In this document: positions 35,076 to 44,076 of the stretch, piece after piece
Numbering within the stretch: position 1 is the first letter of the stretch
Layout of the letters: each line of letters starts with the position of its first letter
Sequence record: MN871446.1
Direction: 5' to 3' (one strand)
Length of the DNA: 64,000 nucleotides
From: Klebsiella phage KpLz-2_45
Translations under genes and position numbers: made by a program
The notes under the pieces: model-generated
Seen by the model: only the letters and a program-made list of their open reading frames with translations
What the model was told of the DNA's origin: nothing
Database searches by the model: none

Positions 35076-37288
35076 TACCAACTAGAAAGAGCAGCTCTTA
35101 CCCAAGTATTAGTTGCAATACAAACGTAGTAATAACTACTATCAGCCGCCCATTGTCCTACAGTACCGGGAGCTGTTGCATTAGCAGGTACTGCGACTTT
35201 AACGCCAACTGGATTCCCTGCCACGGTAACGGCTCTTGAAAAATAACCATCCCGCCACTGAAGAGCACTTGTCCCAAAATCATAAAGGTTCGTCGCATTA
35301 GGGACTACTGTCCCCATGAAGTTGAACTGACTGGCGCCTCCGTTAGCAACAAAATTCATACCGGATAAATAACTGGTTAATGTCATCGGTCCGGTGTTAC
35401 CAAGTAAGATTCTACCCCCTAAAGTCGTGTTACCGTAAGGATAAAAATCCAGTCTCCTGTCTCCACTTGTAGTGTTATTATTTCCTATTTGGAGAATATT
35501 ACCACTGGAGATAGAGGCTGTTGTTTTAATAAGGTAACCGCTTATCGTCCCATCCTGAGCCACCGAAAGAATAGGTGTTGTCGGGTTGAAAGCACCATCT
35601 GTATTGGTGTAATAAATAGAAAGGGCGCTGTTATTATCGCTATCCACATCGATAATAAATTTTCTCGTCGCTACTTTGACGTCGTTAATGATCAGGCCGC
35701 TAGTAATTCTTCTCGTAAAGTTATTGATGGCGCAGTTTATCAGCTGATAAGCTCTTTTACCTTGTGTACTAGCGCTGACGTCAAAGATAGGGGCTACTGT
35801 AGAGTTACCGGAAACTTCAGAGAATGCGCTGGAGAAATAACAGCTATCGAAAACACGCCCGGTATTAGTACTTGTACCAAATCTAATCATTGGTACGTGG
35901 ACAGCGCTGTCATAACCAACTGCGGACTTCCTTAAAGTTTGGAAAGTACATCCAGTGAATTTAATAATCCCTTGGTTGATGAATCCTAATTCGTAAGTGC
36001 CCGCTGAATCTGTTCCGCCAGAACCATTATCGGTAAAAATTACTGTATCGAAATTAAACTGCGTACCGCCGCCCAAATTAAACCATTTTGCACCGTAGAA
36101 GTGAGTCTCAATATGACCGCCTTCAAATTTAATGTTGTGGTGCGTACTGGAGGTAGGAGTTGGGTCTACTTTAATAGCTACGTAGTTTTTAGTGTACGTC
36201 GTTTCAATGTGTGGCCTGATGAACACAATGTTGTTGGAGTTGTCCGTGGCCTGAGGTAAGAAATGAATCCCTGTCGCAGGATTGTTTGTATCATTATCAT
36301 CAACGGCAACAAACCCAGTCATGTAGATACAGTCGAAAACCGCATCGTAACACTGACCGAATGTTAAAGCTTTAGTGGGCGACATGAAGTTAAGGTTTGA
36401 AAATCTTCCACCAACAGCCATTGAGTTAGCGGTTACTTCACTTCCGAGTTTAATGTAATAAGCAAAAATGCCCGGTTCTTTAATAAACGTTAACCCGTCC
36501 ATTTCAAGGCGCCCGCCCGTGAAAGTAAAGAGAAAATCTTTATTCACGTTAGAAGAAATATAAGCACCTTTTCCTAGAATCCTAAACCTTGGTTTTCCAG
36601 TCTCATAGCTGATAGCGCTTAAGTCTTTAACTATTTTACTGTCGAGTCGATATTTACCTGGCGGGAAAAATAACCACCCCGAGGCATATCGTTGAGCGTT
36701 AGAGATATTGATTTCTTTTTGATAAATACATTTATCTATTGCTGCGCTAACTGCCGGAGACCAATCCCAAGTAGAGGGGTCATTAGGATTATCTTTTTTG
36801 GTGACTAGACTTGAAAACTCCCAAATATTGATAGGTAGGCTATTTAATGCTTTAGCCGCGCTCTCCGCGCTTAACTCGATCTCTTTACGTTGATAGCCAA
36901 CTTCATCAGCTCCATTATTAGACATAATTCCATCAACGTCACCACGTATTACTTTTATACCGTAACCGGTATAATTAATTTTAGCAGTACCGTCCGAGTT
37001 AAAAATCTGTTCTGCAACTCCGTTGCGGTTGACATATGCTTTAACTGTCGTTTTTTCTGCATCGACATAAACGTAGAAAATTTGATTAGGGACAGTACCC
37101 GCAAGACCCGCTACTGTCGTAGTGAATGCGTTTTCGAAATTTAGCAGGGAGCGTAAATCAGAAATCTCCATCGCTTTAGATTCGGTTATTCCCGCTTCAT
37201 TCTGAGCGATAAATACGACATCAGAATCATTTACCGGTTTCGATGGTCGATCCATTTCACTGAGTTTTACAAAGATCTCACTGGCCAT
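35075..37288 (-). CDS. tailspike protein J (FENAY-type anchor)
   Basis: 737 aa. MASEIFVKLSEM...LRSLLNFENAFTT...QIFYVYVDAE. Confidence 0.8.
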   Translation of the reverse strand: MASEIFVKLSEMDRPSKPVNDSDVVFIAQNEAGITESKAMEISDLRSLLNFENAFTTTVAGLAGTVPNQIFYVYVDAEKTTVKAYVNRNGVAEQIFNSDGTAKINYTGYGIKVIRGDVDGIMSNNGADEVGYQRKEIELSAESAAKALNSLPINIWEFSSLVTKKDNPNDPSTWDWSPAVSAAIDKCIYQKEINISNAQRYASGWLFFPPGKYRLDSKIVKDLSAISYETGKPRFRILGKGAYISSNVNKDFLFTFTGGRLEMDGLTFIKEPGIFAYYIKLGSEVTANSMAVGGRFSNLNFMSPTKALTFGQCYDAVFDCIYMTGFVAVDDNDTNNPATGIHFLPQATDNSNNIVFIRPHIETTYTKNYVAIKVDPTPTSSTHHNIKFEGGHIETHFYGAKWFNLGGGTQFNFDTVIFTDNGSGGTDSAGTYELGFINQGIIKFTGCTFQTLRKSAVGYDSAVHVPMIRFGTSTNTGRVFDSCYFSSAFSEVSGNSTVAPIFDVSASTQGKRAYQLINCAINNFTRRITSGLIINDVKVATRKFIIDVDSDNNSALSIYYTNTDGAFNPTTPILSVAQDGTISGYLIKTTASISSGNILQIGNNNTTSGDRRLDFYPYGNTTLGGRILLGNTGPMTLTSYLSGMNFVANGGASQFNFMGTVVPNATNLYDFGTSALQWRDGYFSRAVTVAGNPVGVKVAVPANATAPGTVGQWAADSSYYYVCIATNTWVRAALSSW

Positions 37289-37320
37289 AATTGTACCTTA
37301 CTTTGTCTCTAATAGTCAAT

Positions 37321-37336
37321 TGTACATACGATTGAC
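37321..37336 (-). promoter_or_regulatory. TCAATCGTATGTAC motif variant, 33 nt upstream of the tailspike J ATG
   Basis: Shares the CGTATG core with the motifs at I, K and L. It sits in the divergent J/K intergenic region. Confidence 0.35.
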
Positions 37337-37373
37337 AGCTTGAAAGAATACGTTTCGGTTTATTATACATTAA

Positions 37374-37420
37374 CTAGAGAAGGATGCGGAAAAGCTCCTC
37401 TCTTTTTTGTTTCGTATGAC
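37374..37420 (+). promoter_or_regulatory. imperfect hairpin AGAGAAGGATGCGG-AAAA-GCTCCTCTCT followed by TTTTTTGTTTCGTATGAC
   Basis: Plus-strand copy of the hairpin-plus-motif cassette. The motif lies 27 nt upstream of the tailspike K ATG at 37448. Confidence 0.55.
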
Positions 37421-37447
37421 CATTTTTATTTACGTTGGAGTTGTGAA

Positions 37448-39493
37448 ATGACCGATATCACTGCATTGAAAATCTCTGAACTATCGCCCAGTTCTAATCC
37501 GTCAGAGAATGCGTTTCTTCCGCTCTCAGAAGCGAACGGAATCGCTTCTGAAAAAGTCAGTATTGGTACCCTCAGAGAAACGTTAGGTTTTGAGAACGCG
37601 TACAGCACGATTGCTGGCGCGCTCAATGTAACTACGGAAGGGAATGTTTTCTTTGTTTACGAAGACAGTACGCGAGACTATGTTTTGGGGTATGTAAACC
37701 AAGGGAACGGAACCTATTCTGCATTAATGTCAGACAGTACGACACAAGTTCGCTACGCGACGAATGCGCATATTGTCAACTCTTTATTCATGTTACAAGG
37801 AGTAGAAAGTTTCGATGCGTTACGTACCCTCAAACCGTGGTACGAAGGACAACGTGTCACGTTGAAGAGTTACTACAAAGACGGGGTTACGGGTGCTGGT
37901 ATCTTCATTGCGCGTTTAGGAGTAAATGCAGATGACAACGGCACGATTGCCGCGGGGAACGGATTCTACTGGCAACGGATTATTTCTGATAAGTTGTCTT
38001 TTGAGGACTTTGGTGCAGTCGGGGGCGGCGTACTGGACGATACTAGTAATATTCAAAAAGCGGTCAACTACTGTGCCAAAAATGGCATTGCACTAACGTG
38101 TTTAGGGAAAGTATACGCGGTCAGTACCGTAAATTTCCCAACCGATTTAGTGATCGATATGCGTAATGCAGTACTTTTGTCGCTGCCCTCTGTTACGACG
38201 GGTTATACCTTAACAATCAGCGGCTATTTGTCACCTGCGGCTAATCCAGGGAAATTTGATAATATTCGCGTTCAGCGTACCTTAATTAATACTCATCAAC
38301 CCGACACTAACAGTGTCGTAGACGGCGTGTCATTTGGTGTCGATGCGCACAATATTTCCTTCTACAATCTTAAGGTCTCTGGGTTTAGGGACGGGGTTTG
38401 TTTTAACGGGAAGAGTGCTTACCTCATTCGTTTATACAGCCCAATCATCGGACAATGTTGGCGCCGAGGGATGGCCTTTTATGCGAATACTGATTCTAAT
38501 GAGAACGTGACTATTTACGGTGGCGTGATTGCAGATTGTTGTAATTTTACTTTCGACGGTACCGGGCTCTACTTATCAGGGAGTGCCTCGAGTATCGATG
38601 TCAGGTTCTTTGGAACCAGTTTTGATTATTGCGACATCTCAGTTGATATTTATCAGTCTAACGTCGAGCTCCACGGTTGTCACTTGGAAAACAATAACAA
38701 CAACCCTCATATTCGACTTTCGTACACCTCAACCAAAAACCAACCCTATCTGATCATGAAAGGGGGAACAATGGGCGGCGGACCGAACGCGAACTCGTGG
38801 AGCGGTATTCCGATAGAAAATAGTACGGGTCGCCCTTACCTCGTCTTCATTACTAACACTGGCGGTGCCCACGTAGATATTGATGGAACTGACACCAGTA
38901 AATACATGACAGGAGTCAGGAGAACTACCGAGATCGTAGGTGTAGAAGGGGATAACTACCAGTTGATCGGGACCTTAAGGGTGAGGAACAAAATGACCTC
39001 TGGAAACATGGATAACGCCAGCCGCCCCATGCGACCTTGTAGTGCTCTTAACGTGATTCTGATCAACCAGTATCAAACTGCCGCATGGACACCGAGTTAC
39101 ACTAACGCAGACCTAACTTATACGATTGATACTACGAATTACTCTAACCCTAATTCACCGCACTCACGAAAAATTACACAAGGAAGCGTACGTAACGTCT
39201 CTTACTGGCAGGACGTGACACTGCGCGGCGGAGATATCTTCCACGCGGAGGCCGAAATCAAAATTACTTCGTTGACGGCTGGTTACGTCGCACTTCGAGT
39301 GGATTTTTACGACTCTGCCGGGAACGTAATACAATCGTCAATCAAATCTGTATCTGCGGTGACGACCGATTGGAATAACGTGTGGGTCTGGTTACGTGCG
39401 CCAAACGGTACAGTCAAGGCAAAAGTTCAAGAGTACTTAAACGGCTTTGTTGGAACAGCATATTTCACCAATGAACACGTTTGGATTTCTTAA
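37448..39493 (+). CDS. tailspike protein K (FENAY-type anchor); start moved from 37340
   Basis: The track start at 37340 extends across the upstream hairpin and motif. The ATG at 37448 (MTDITALKISEL...) has a Shine-Dalgarno GGAG and matches the other anchors. Contains FDALRTLKPWYEGQRVTLKSYY. Confidence 0.8.
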   Translation: MTDITALKISELSPSSNPSENAFLPLSEANGIASEKVSIGTLRETLGFENAYSTIAGALNVTTEGNVFFVYEDSTRDYVLGYVNQGNGTYSALMSDSTTQVRYATNAHIVNSLFMLQGVESFDALRTLKPWYEGQRVTLKSYYKDGVTGAGIFIARLGVNADDNGTIAAGNGFYWQRIISDKLSFEDFGAVGGGVLDDTSNIQKAVNYCAKNGIALTCLGKVYAVSTVNFPTDLVIDMRNAVLLSLPSVTTGYTLTISGYLSPAANPGKFDNIRVQRTLINTHQPDTNSVVDGVSFGVDAHNISFYNLKVSGFRDGVCFNGKSAYLIRLYSPIIGQCWRRGMAFYANTDSNENVTIYGGVIADCCNFTFDGTGLYLSGSASSIDVRFFGTSFDYCDISVDIYQSNVELHGCHLENNNNNPHIRLSYTSTKNQPYLIMKGGTMGGGPNANSWSGIPIENSTGRPYLVFITNTGGAHVDIDGTDTSKYMTGVRRTTEIVGVEGDNYQLIGTLRVRNKMTSGNMDNASRPMRPCSALNVILINQYQTAAWTPSYTNADLTYTIDTTNYSNPNSPHSRKITQGSVRNVSYWQDVTLRGGDIFHAEAEIKITSLTAGYVALRVDFYDSAGNVIQSSIKSVSAVTTDWNNVWVWLRAPNGTVKAKVQEYLNGFVGTAYFTNEHVWIS

Positions 39494-39506
39494 GAAGGAA
39501 CTCACT

Positions 39507-39728
39507 ATGTTTCAAGTAGGCGACACCGTTCGCATCCTTTCTTGTCAAACTCGAGAAGACTTAGTTGGGAAAGAAACGACCATCAGTGCACTGGACGCTA
39601 AACTGAAAGATTTGGCTTGGGCAGATATCTACGGAATGGATCAATATATTTCGGTGGTCATCGATACCGATGCACGGTTTATTGCGGCTCAATTGGAACT
39701 CGTAGCCAGTGACATTGAAGGCTCTTAA
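39507..39728 (+). CDS. small hypothetical protein (73 aa; MFQVGDTVRILS...)
   Basis: Shine-Dalgarno AAGGA. The start lies 13 nt after the tailspike K stop. The track start at 39447 overlaps tailspike K. Confidence 0.4.
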   Translation: MFQVGDTVRILSCQTREDLVGKETTISALDAKLKDLAWADIYGMDQYISVVIDTDARFIAAQLELVASDIEGS

Positions 39729-39734
39729 GTTATA

Positions 39735-39780
39735 GGCAATGAGGGGACCTAAGTCCCCTCATTGCCTTGTTTCGTATGAC
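39735..39780 (+). terminator. terminator GGCAATGAGGGGAC-CTAA-GTCCCCTCATTGCC followed by TTGTTTCGTATGAC
   Basis: Perfect 14-bp stem. The motif lies 24 nt upstream of the tailspike L ATG at 39805. Confidence 0.7.
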
Positions 39781-39804
39781 AATCCTCTTTCAGGAATAAA
39801 AAAC

Positions 39805-41763
39805 ATGTCTAATGAAACACAGAAAATTAGCGAGTTGCTCAATACGTCCATCATTTCAGAGAACACTATTCTTCCCGTAGTTGCTGCTGAAGGTGAGACC
39901 AATTCCATCGATATTATCACTTTACGCTCGGCGTTGTTATTTGATAAAGCGTTTGAGACTAACGCAGCGGGTAATGCAGCGACTAGTAAAAACGATTCTT
40001 ATTTTGTTTATACCGATGCCACCAAAACAGCCGTATTGGGCTGGATGAACCAAGGCGGGGATTCTTACTCGCCTCTCCTCGATATTAATGGTGCACAAAT
40101 CCGTTTTATTGCAGGTCAAACTATTCGAGGTCTGGATTATTTCACAAATGGAGTTAACTCGTTTGCGGATCTGAGAACACTGACTCCGTTGTATTCCGGG
40201 CAACGCATTAAATTAAAGGCTTGGACAGCGGGAGAAAAGACAGGCGGCGGTGAATTTATTGCTGTCTTCGGAACTGCGACTGACGATGCGGGCACTATCG
40301 CGGCCGGAAACGGCTTTTATTGGGAAAGAGTGATCAATGGTGGGCTAAATCCAGAGATGTTTGGTGCTATCGGAAACGGTGTAGTTGACGACAGTAATAG
40401 TTTATCTAAATTTCTACTGGCTTTAGCAAATAGAGCCAAATATTTAACCCCAATAACATTTGTTCCGGCCATAGGTTATCTCAACGGTATCTATAGAATA
40501 ACAAAGACTATTACTGTAGATGGCGGTAAAGTAAGATTAACTACCAACACTGTTGGTTGCATCTTTTGTGACCCTACAGGGACTTACGAAAGTACCGGAT
40601 GTATTAAAGTAACCAATAATTACCTTAACTCTGCTTTTGTTGGACAGTACGCAGCACTATTTGAAAATATTTCTTTCGTCAGTACAGGAAGAACACTCAC
40701 CGCAATTTACGCTGTGAGGGGAGATGCTGTGAGCGGTAATAACGGTGCGTGTCTTCATAATGTTTTTAAATGTTCGTTTAAAGGCTTCAGTAAAATTTTT
40801 ACACATGGACCTGGCGGTTGGGGTTGGAACTGGGCAGGTTGTCAATTTTCTGATAGTACCAATTTGATGGTAATTGAGGATCAAGACGACACTTATGAAA
40901 GGCATAGTTTTGATGGATGTATTTTCCAAAACGGAGGGGTTGCATTTACAATAAATAACCCCGATGGGAAAGTCTATTGGAAAAATGGTTCTATGGACTA
41001 CTGCACCGGCGCAGCTACAATTACCGCCGGTTTCATAGAACTTAATGGTCATTTCGAGTGGACAGCCAGAACCGTAGATTTCATTACACTTTTATCAAGT
41101 AATGCGGCTGCTTCTATCTCGGGTGCAATGTTTATTCGTAACAATACTTCTGGTTCTACCTATTACGTCATTAATCAATACCAAGATAAGCAAGTAAAAG
41201 TAGATAATTTGGTCGTTATATCTGACGGTAATTACATTGCCAATGGAGTACTCTCAAATAGAGAGTTGTTAAAGGGAACAATTTTTGCGCAGAACGACGC
41301 GTCTAAATCTGTGCTCTATCACTCCTCTGATGAAAATCTGATATCGGGAACTACGTCTTACCCTCAAGTAACTTTAACTAACACCACTCAGTTTTCTTAT
41401 TCGGTGGCTGATGGTTCTTTGACGATTAGTTGTTCTGCGGGCGGACAAAGTGGTTTTCTTTACTTAGATGTCCCGGTAAATAATAAAAAATTCTACGCTT
41501 ATAAAATGACGGCGAGTAATACGTCTAATGGTTCTGTGTTCCTAGAAAAAACCGTATTGAATGCAAATAAAGATACGATAAGAACCGATACCAGTTCAGG
41601 TACTACCAGCTGGGCAGCAGGCTCTAGTTCGGTGGCAGGAGGTACTGTGACTCTTTTATCTTTACCTGCGGCGGCGGCTTTTATACGAATTAGATTTAAT
41701 CTCTCAAGTATGACAACAGGAAGTACGTTTACTATCAGTTCATTGAAAACTTTCACTTTTTAA
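39805..41763 (+). CDS. tailspike protein L (FENAY-like anchor); start moved from 39739
   Basis: The track start lies inside the terminator stem. MSNETQKISELLNTS... matches the anchor family. Contains FADLRTLTPLYSGQRIKLKAW. Confidence 0.8.
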   Translation: MSNETQKISELLNTSIISENTILPVVAAEGETNSIDIITLRSALLFDKAFETNAAGNAATSKNDSYFVYTDATKTAVLGWMNQGGDSYSPLLDINGAQIRFIAGQTIRGLDYFTNGVNSFADLRTLTPLYSGQRIKLKAWTAGEKTGGGEFIAVFGTATDDAGTIAAGNGFYWERVINGGLNPEMFGAIGNGVVDDSNSLSKFLLALANRAKYLTPITFVPAIGYLNGIYRITKTITVDGGKVRLTTNTVGCIFCDPTGTYESTGCIKVTNNYLNSAFVGQYAALFENISFVSTGRTLTAIYAVRGDAVSGNNGACLHNVFKCSFKGFSKIFTHGPGGWGWNWAGCQFSDSTNLMVIEDQDDTYERHSFDGCIFQNGGVAFTINNPDGKVYWKNGSMDYCTGAATITAGFIELNGHFEWTARTVDFITLLSSNAAASISGAMFIRNNTSGSTYYVINQYQDKQVKVDNLVVISDGNYIANGVLSNRELLKGTIFAQNDASKSVLYHSSDENLISGTTSYPQVTLTNTTQFSYSVADGSLTISCSAGGQSGFLYLDVPVNNKKFYAYKMTASNTSNGSVFLEKTVLNANKDTIRTDTSSGTTSWAAGSSSVAGGTVTLLSLPAAAAFIRIRFNLSSMTTGSTFTISSLKTFTF

Positions 41764-41770
41764 CAGACAT

Positions 41771-41812
41771 AGACAGAGGAGCAGAAGCTCCTCTGTCTTA
41801 TTTTCTTTATTC
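41771..41812. terminator. bidirectional terminator AGACAGAGGAGC-AGAA-GCTCCTCTGTCT plus TATTTTCTTTATT
   Basis: 12-bp stem between convergent genes: tailspike L on the plus strand and the 41807 gene on the minus strand. Confidence 0.7.
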
Positions 41813-42373
41813 GTCGGTTTGTTCAACCAAAATGAATTTGCTGTCTTCGGTGTTAATCGCTTTACCGGATTCGGTAAGCAGAGAACCACGAGGAATCTTA
41901 CTACCGCCACTACACGTGACGTCAAGGTTACCTGACCAAACGTGACTATTATAAGTCGTACCAGCTTTGGTCTGGATAGTCACAACCGCGGTTTCTCCGG
42001 ACGGAATGAACGGCAGGTAATCGTCCGCATTCGCAATATCTTCAACGTCAATATAGAGACTGTATTTTGCTTTGATCAACGGTAAAAGATCAGCGATTGT
42101 CGATGCTGTTTCCGGCAGGACTAAAGTAGGGCCAACCGACGCCATCAGTTTGTTCAGTTCGATACGGGTGTAAGTAAAGGTCTTACTCCCGGTTACCGGA
42201 GAACGACCTGTAACGAGCACGGAGACACGATCTTCTGTACCCGGTACCGTAGAACCAGTGATGTTACCAAAGCTCAGGTAGCTGGCGTTGAGCGGCGTAG
42301 TGAGGTTATTCTGCTGACTGATCAGATCAGCGAGAATCTCGTATTTGGGACGACCGAATAAATCGACGTACAT
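41807..42373 (-). CDS. hypothetical protein (possible tail-associated)
   Basis: 188-aa ORF. Confidence 0.5.
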   Translation of the reverse strand: MYVDLFGRPKYEILADLISQQNNLTTPLNASYLSFGNITGSTVPGTEDRVSVLVTGRSPVTGSKTFTYTRIELNKLMASVGPTLVLPETASTIADLLPLIKAKYSLYIDVEDIANADDYLPFIPSGETAVVTIQTKAGTTYNSHVWSGNLDVTCSGGSKIPRGSLLTESGKAINTEDSKFILVEQTDE

Positions 42374-42422
42374 TGTGTATACTCCATCTTAATTTTGTAA
42401 GCTTACACAGTAATGCGTGCTA

Positions 42423-42881
42423 TCACCAAATCGGCTCGCCACGATCAATAAACTGAATTCTTTCTTTTCTACAGAGTTTTTCTAAGATATCTTTTAAGAG
42501 GTGACGATGACAGAAGCAGTCGTGTTTACAATAGCAGGCTAAACAAATTCGTTCCTGATTAATCAACCACAGCCACGGTTCCGGATTTTTGATAAACCGT
42601 TCACGGGTCAACCGGTAATAGATATCAACGTATTCCGCTTCACTGACAATGCCTTGCTTAAATGGCCAGAGTAATTCTGGAGTGGGTGCAAAGTCTTTTA
42701 TTCCGCTTTTTAAGGTGGTATCGACAAAGACAATATCCAGTCCTTCCCAAACTCGCCAATCTGGTATTCTGCCTGTCCATACTTCGAGTTGCTTGAATGA
42801 ACGAAACATCTCTCCTCCGTTCAATGAAACCAAAAAAAACAATGAGACGATTAACCTGCTTAGGTCAAAAGACCTAAGCAT
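42423..42881 (-). CDS. hypothetical protein with a C-terminal Cys/His cluster (CLACYCKHDCFCHRH)
   Basis: 152-aa ORF. The C-terminus looks like a metal-binding cluster. Confidence 0.5.
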   Translation of the reverse strand: MLRSFDLSRLIVSLFFLVSLNGGEMFRSFKQLEVWTGRIPDWRVWEGLDIVFVDTTLKSGIKDFAPTPELLWPFKQGIVSEAEYVDIYYRLTRERFIKNPEPWLWLINQERICLACYCKHDCFCHRHLLKDILEKLCRKERIQFIDRGEPIW

Positions 42882-43395
42882 AGAAGTTTAACCATTCCAG
42901 AAAACGCCGGCTGCGTTTTTCGATATTCCCCTCAACTGGGTATCTTGATGCGTAATCTTCGTTGAGGGTCAGCGGATAAAACTCCGGGTCTCTCTCGGTG
43001 GCGTACATTAAATGGAGTACGTAATGCCGAGTCCCGTAAACGTCCAGGAAGGTCCAGAGTACATAACGTTGAAATGCGTGCTTAAACGTATCCAGTCTCA
43101 GCTTTTTGAACAGTCGATAAAATTCCGTGATATCGATTTTAAGCGCTTCGAGACTGGTGACCTGCACCGGGACACCGAGTTGAAGCGATAACCGGAATCC
43201 CCGGCAACGATATTCCCTCGCATTCATTCCCAGATATTCAATGATCAGTTTAGACCCGATGCGTTTATACGTTATATCCGTGGTCGCACGTGTCGTTTCA
43301 CCTACACGTCTACCGAAGGTGGTGGTGTCAATTCGATATTTTGCCAGGTCTTCTACGGCTTTCAGAAAGGACAATTTACTGACTTTGAGGCGCAT
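42874..43395 (-). CDS. hypothetical protein
   Basis: 173-aa ORF. Confidence 0.5.
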   Translation of the reverse strand: MRLKVSKLSFLKAVEDLAKYRIDTTTFGRRVGETTRATTDITYKRIGSKLIIEYLGMNAREYRCRGFRLSLQLGVPVQVTSLEALKIDITEFYRLFKKLRLDTFKHAFQRYVLWTFLDVYGTRHYVLHLMYATERDPEFYPLTLNEDYASRYPVEGNIEKRSRRFLEWLNFYA

Positions 43396-43407
43396 AGTTT
43401 CTCTCTT

Positions 43408-43443
43408 CGAAAAATAAAAGAAAGAGAGGCCAGCGCCTCTCTT
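43408..43443 (-). terminator. terminator AAGAGAGGC-CAGC-GCCTCTCTT plus T-run (repeat copy 1)
   Basis: Downstream on the minus strand is TTCTTTTATTTTTCG. The element is near-identical to the one at 46926..46963. Confidence 0.7.
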
Positions 43444-43448
43444 GATAA

Positions 43449-44000
43449 TTACGCTCTGACCTGTTTCAGCCAGGCGTCGTCGAGACCCGCTACTGCCGCG
43501 GTTTTACGATTAACGTACTCGGTCAGGTCTGGGTCGTGGCGCGTCACCAGGAAATGGAGGGCACGCAGACCGGCTAACCAGAAATCGGTTTCGAGGAATT
43601 TGTATTCGCACGCCGGATGCAGGACAGTGAATTCCCAGCATTCCGCTTCATCAGATTCCGTTTCCGTCACGTTACGGTATTTGATCTGGCCGCTGGTTGA
43701 TTCCAGATAACGGTTAACGGCATGGATTGACAATGCGTGACCTTTAGGGACATCGAAGCCCAAACCGATGAACAGTGAATGAGTCAGAGACATCTTGGAG
43801 ATACGATCAACGTAATCTTCGTGTTTGGTGATGATCTCTTCTTTGCTCAGCGGGGTTTCGCCGTCTTTGATGATTTCCGGGTAAGAGGAATCAACCAGCA
43901 CGAAGTCTTCGTGTTTGAAATCCTTCAGGACTTCCTGTTTCATTTCGCTGTCAATAGCTGCGGCGGCAGAGATTGCTTCGTTTACAACGGTGTTTTCCAT
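43449..44000 (-). CDS. hypothetical protein
   Basis: 183-aa ORF. Confidence 0.55.
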   Translation of the reverse strand: MENTVVNEAISAAAAIDSEMKQEVLKDFKHEDFVLVDSSYPEIIKDGETPLSKEEIITKHEDYVDRISKMSLTHSLFIGLGFDVPKGHALSIHAVNRYLESTSGQIKYRNVTETESDEAECWEFTVLHPACEYKFLETDFWLAGLRALHFLVTRHDPDLTEYVNRKTAAVAGLDDAWLKQVRA

Positions 44001-44017
44001 TTGATAATTAACCTAAT

Positions 44018-44053
44018 TGAAAGAAAAGAAAAAGCGGGGAATTTCCCCGCTTT
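44018..44053 (-). terminator. terminator AAAGCGGGGA-ATTT-CCCCGCTTT plus TTTTTCTTTTCTTTC
   Basis: 9-10 bp stem with a long T-rich tail on the minus strand. Confidence 0.7.
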
Positions 44054-44076
44054 ATTAAACTACCTGGCCGCCGAAA

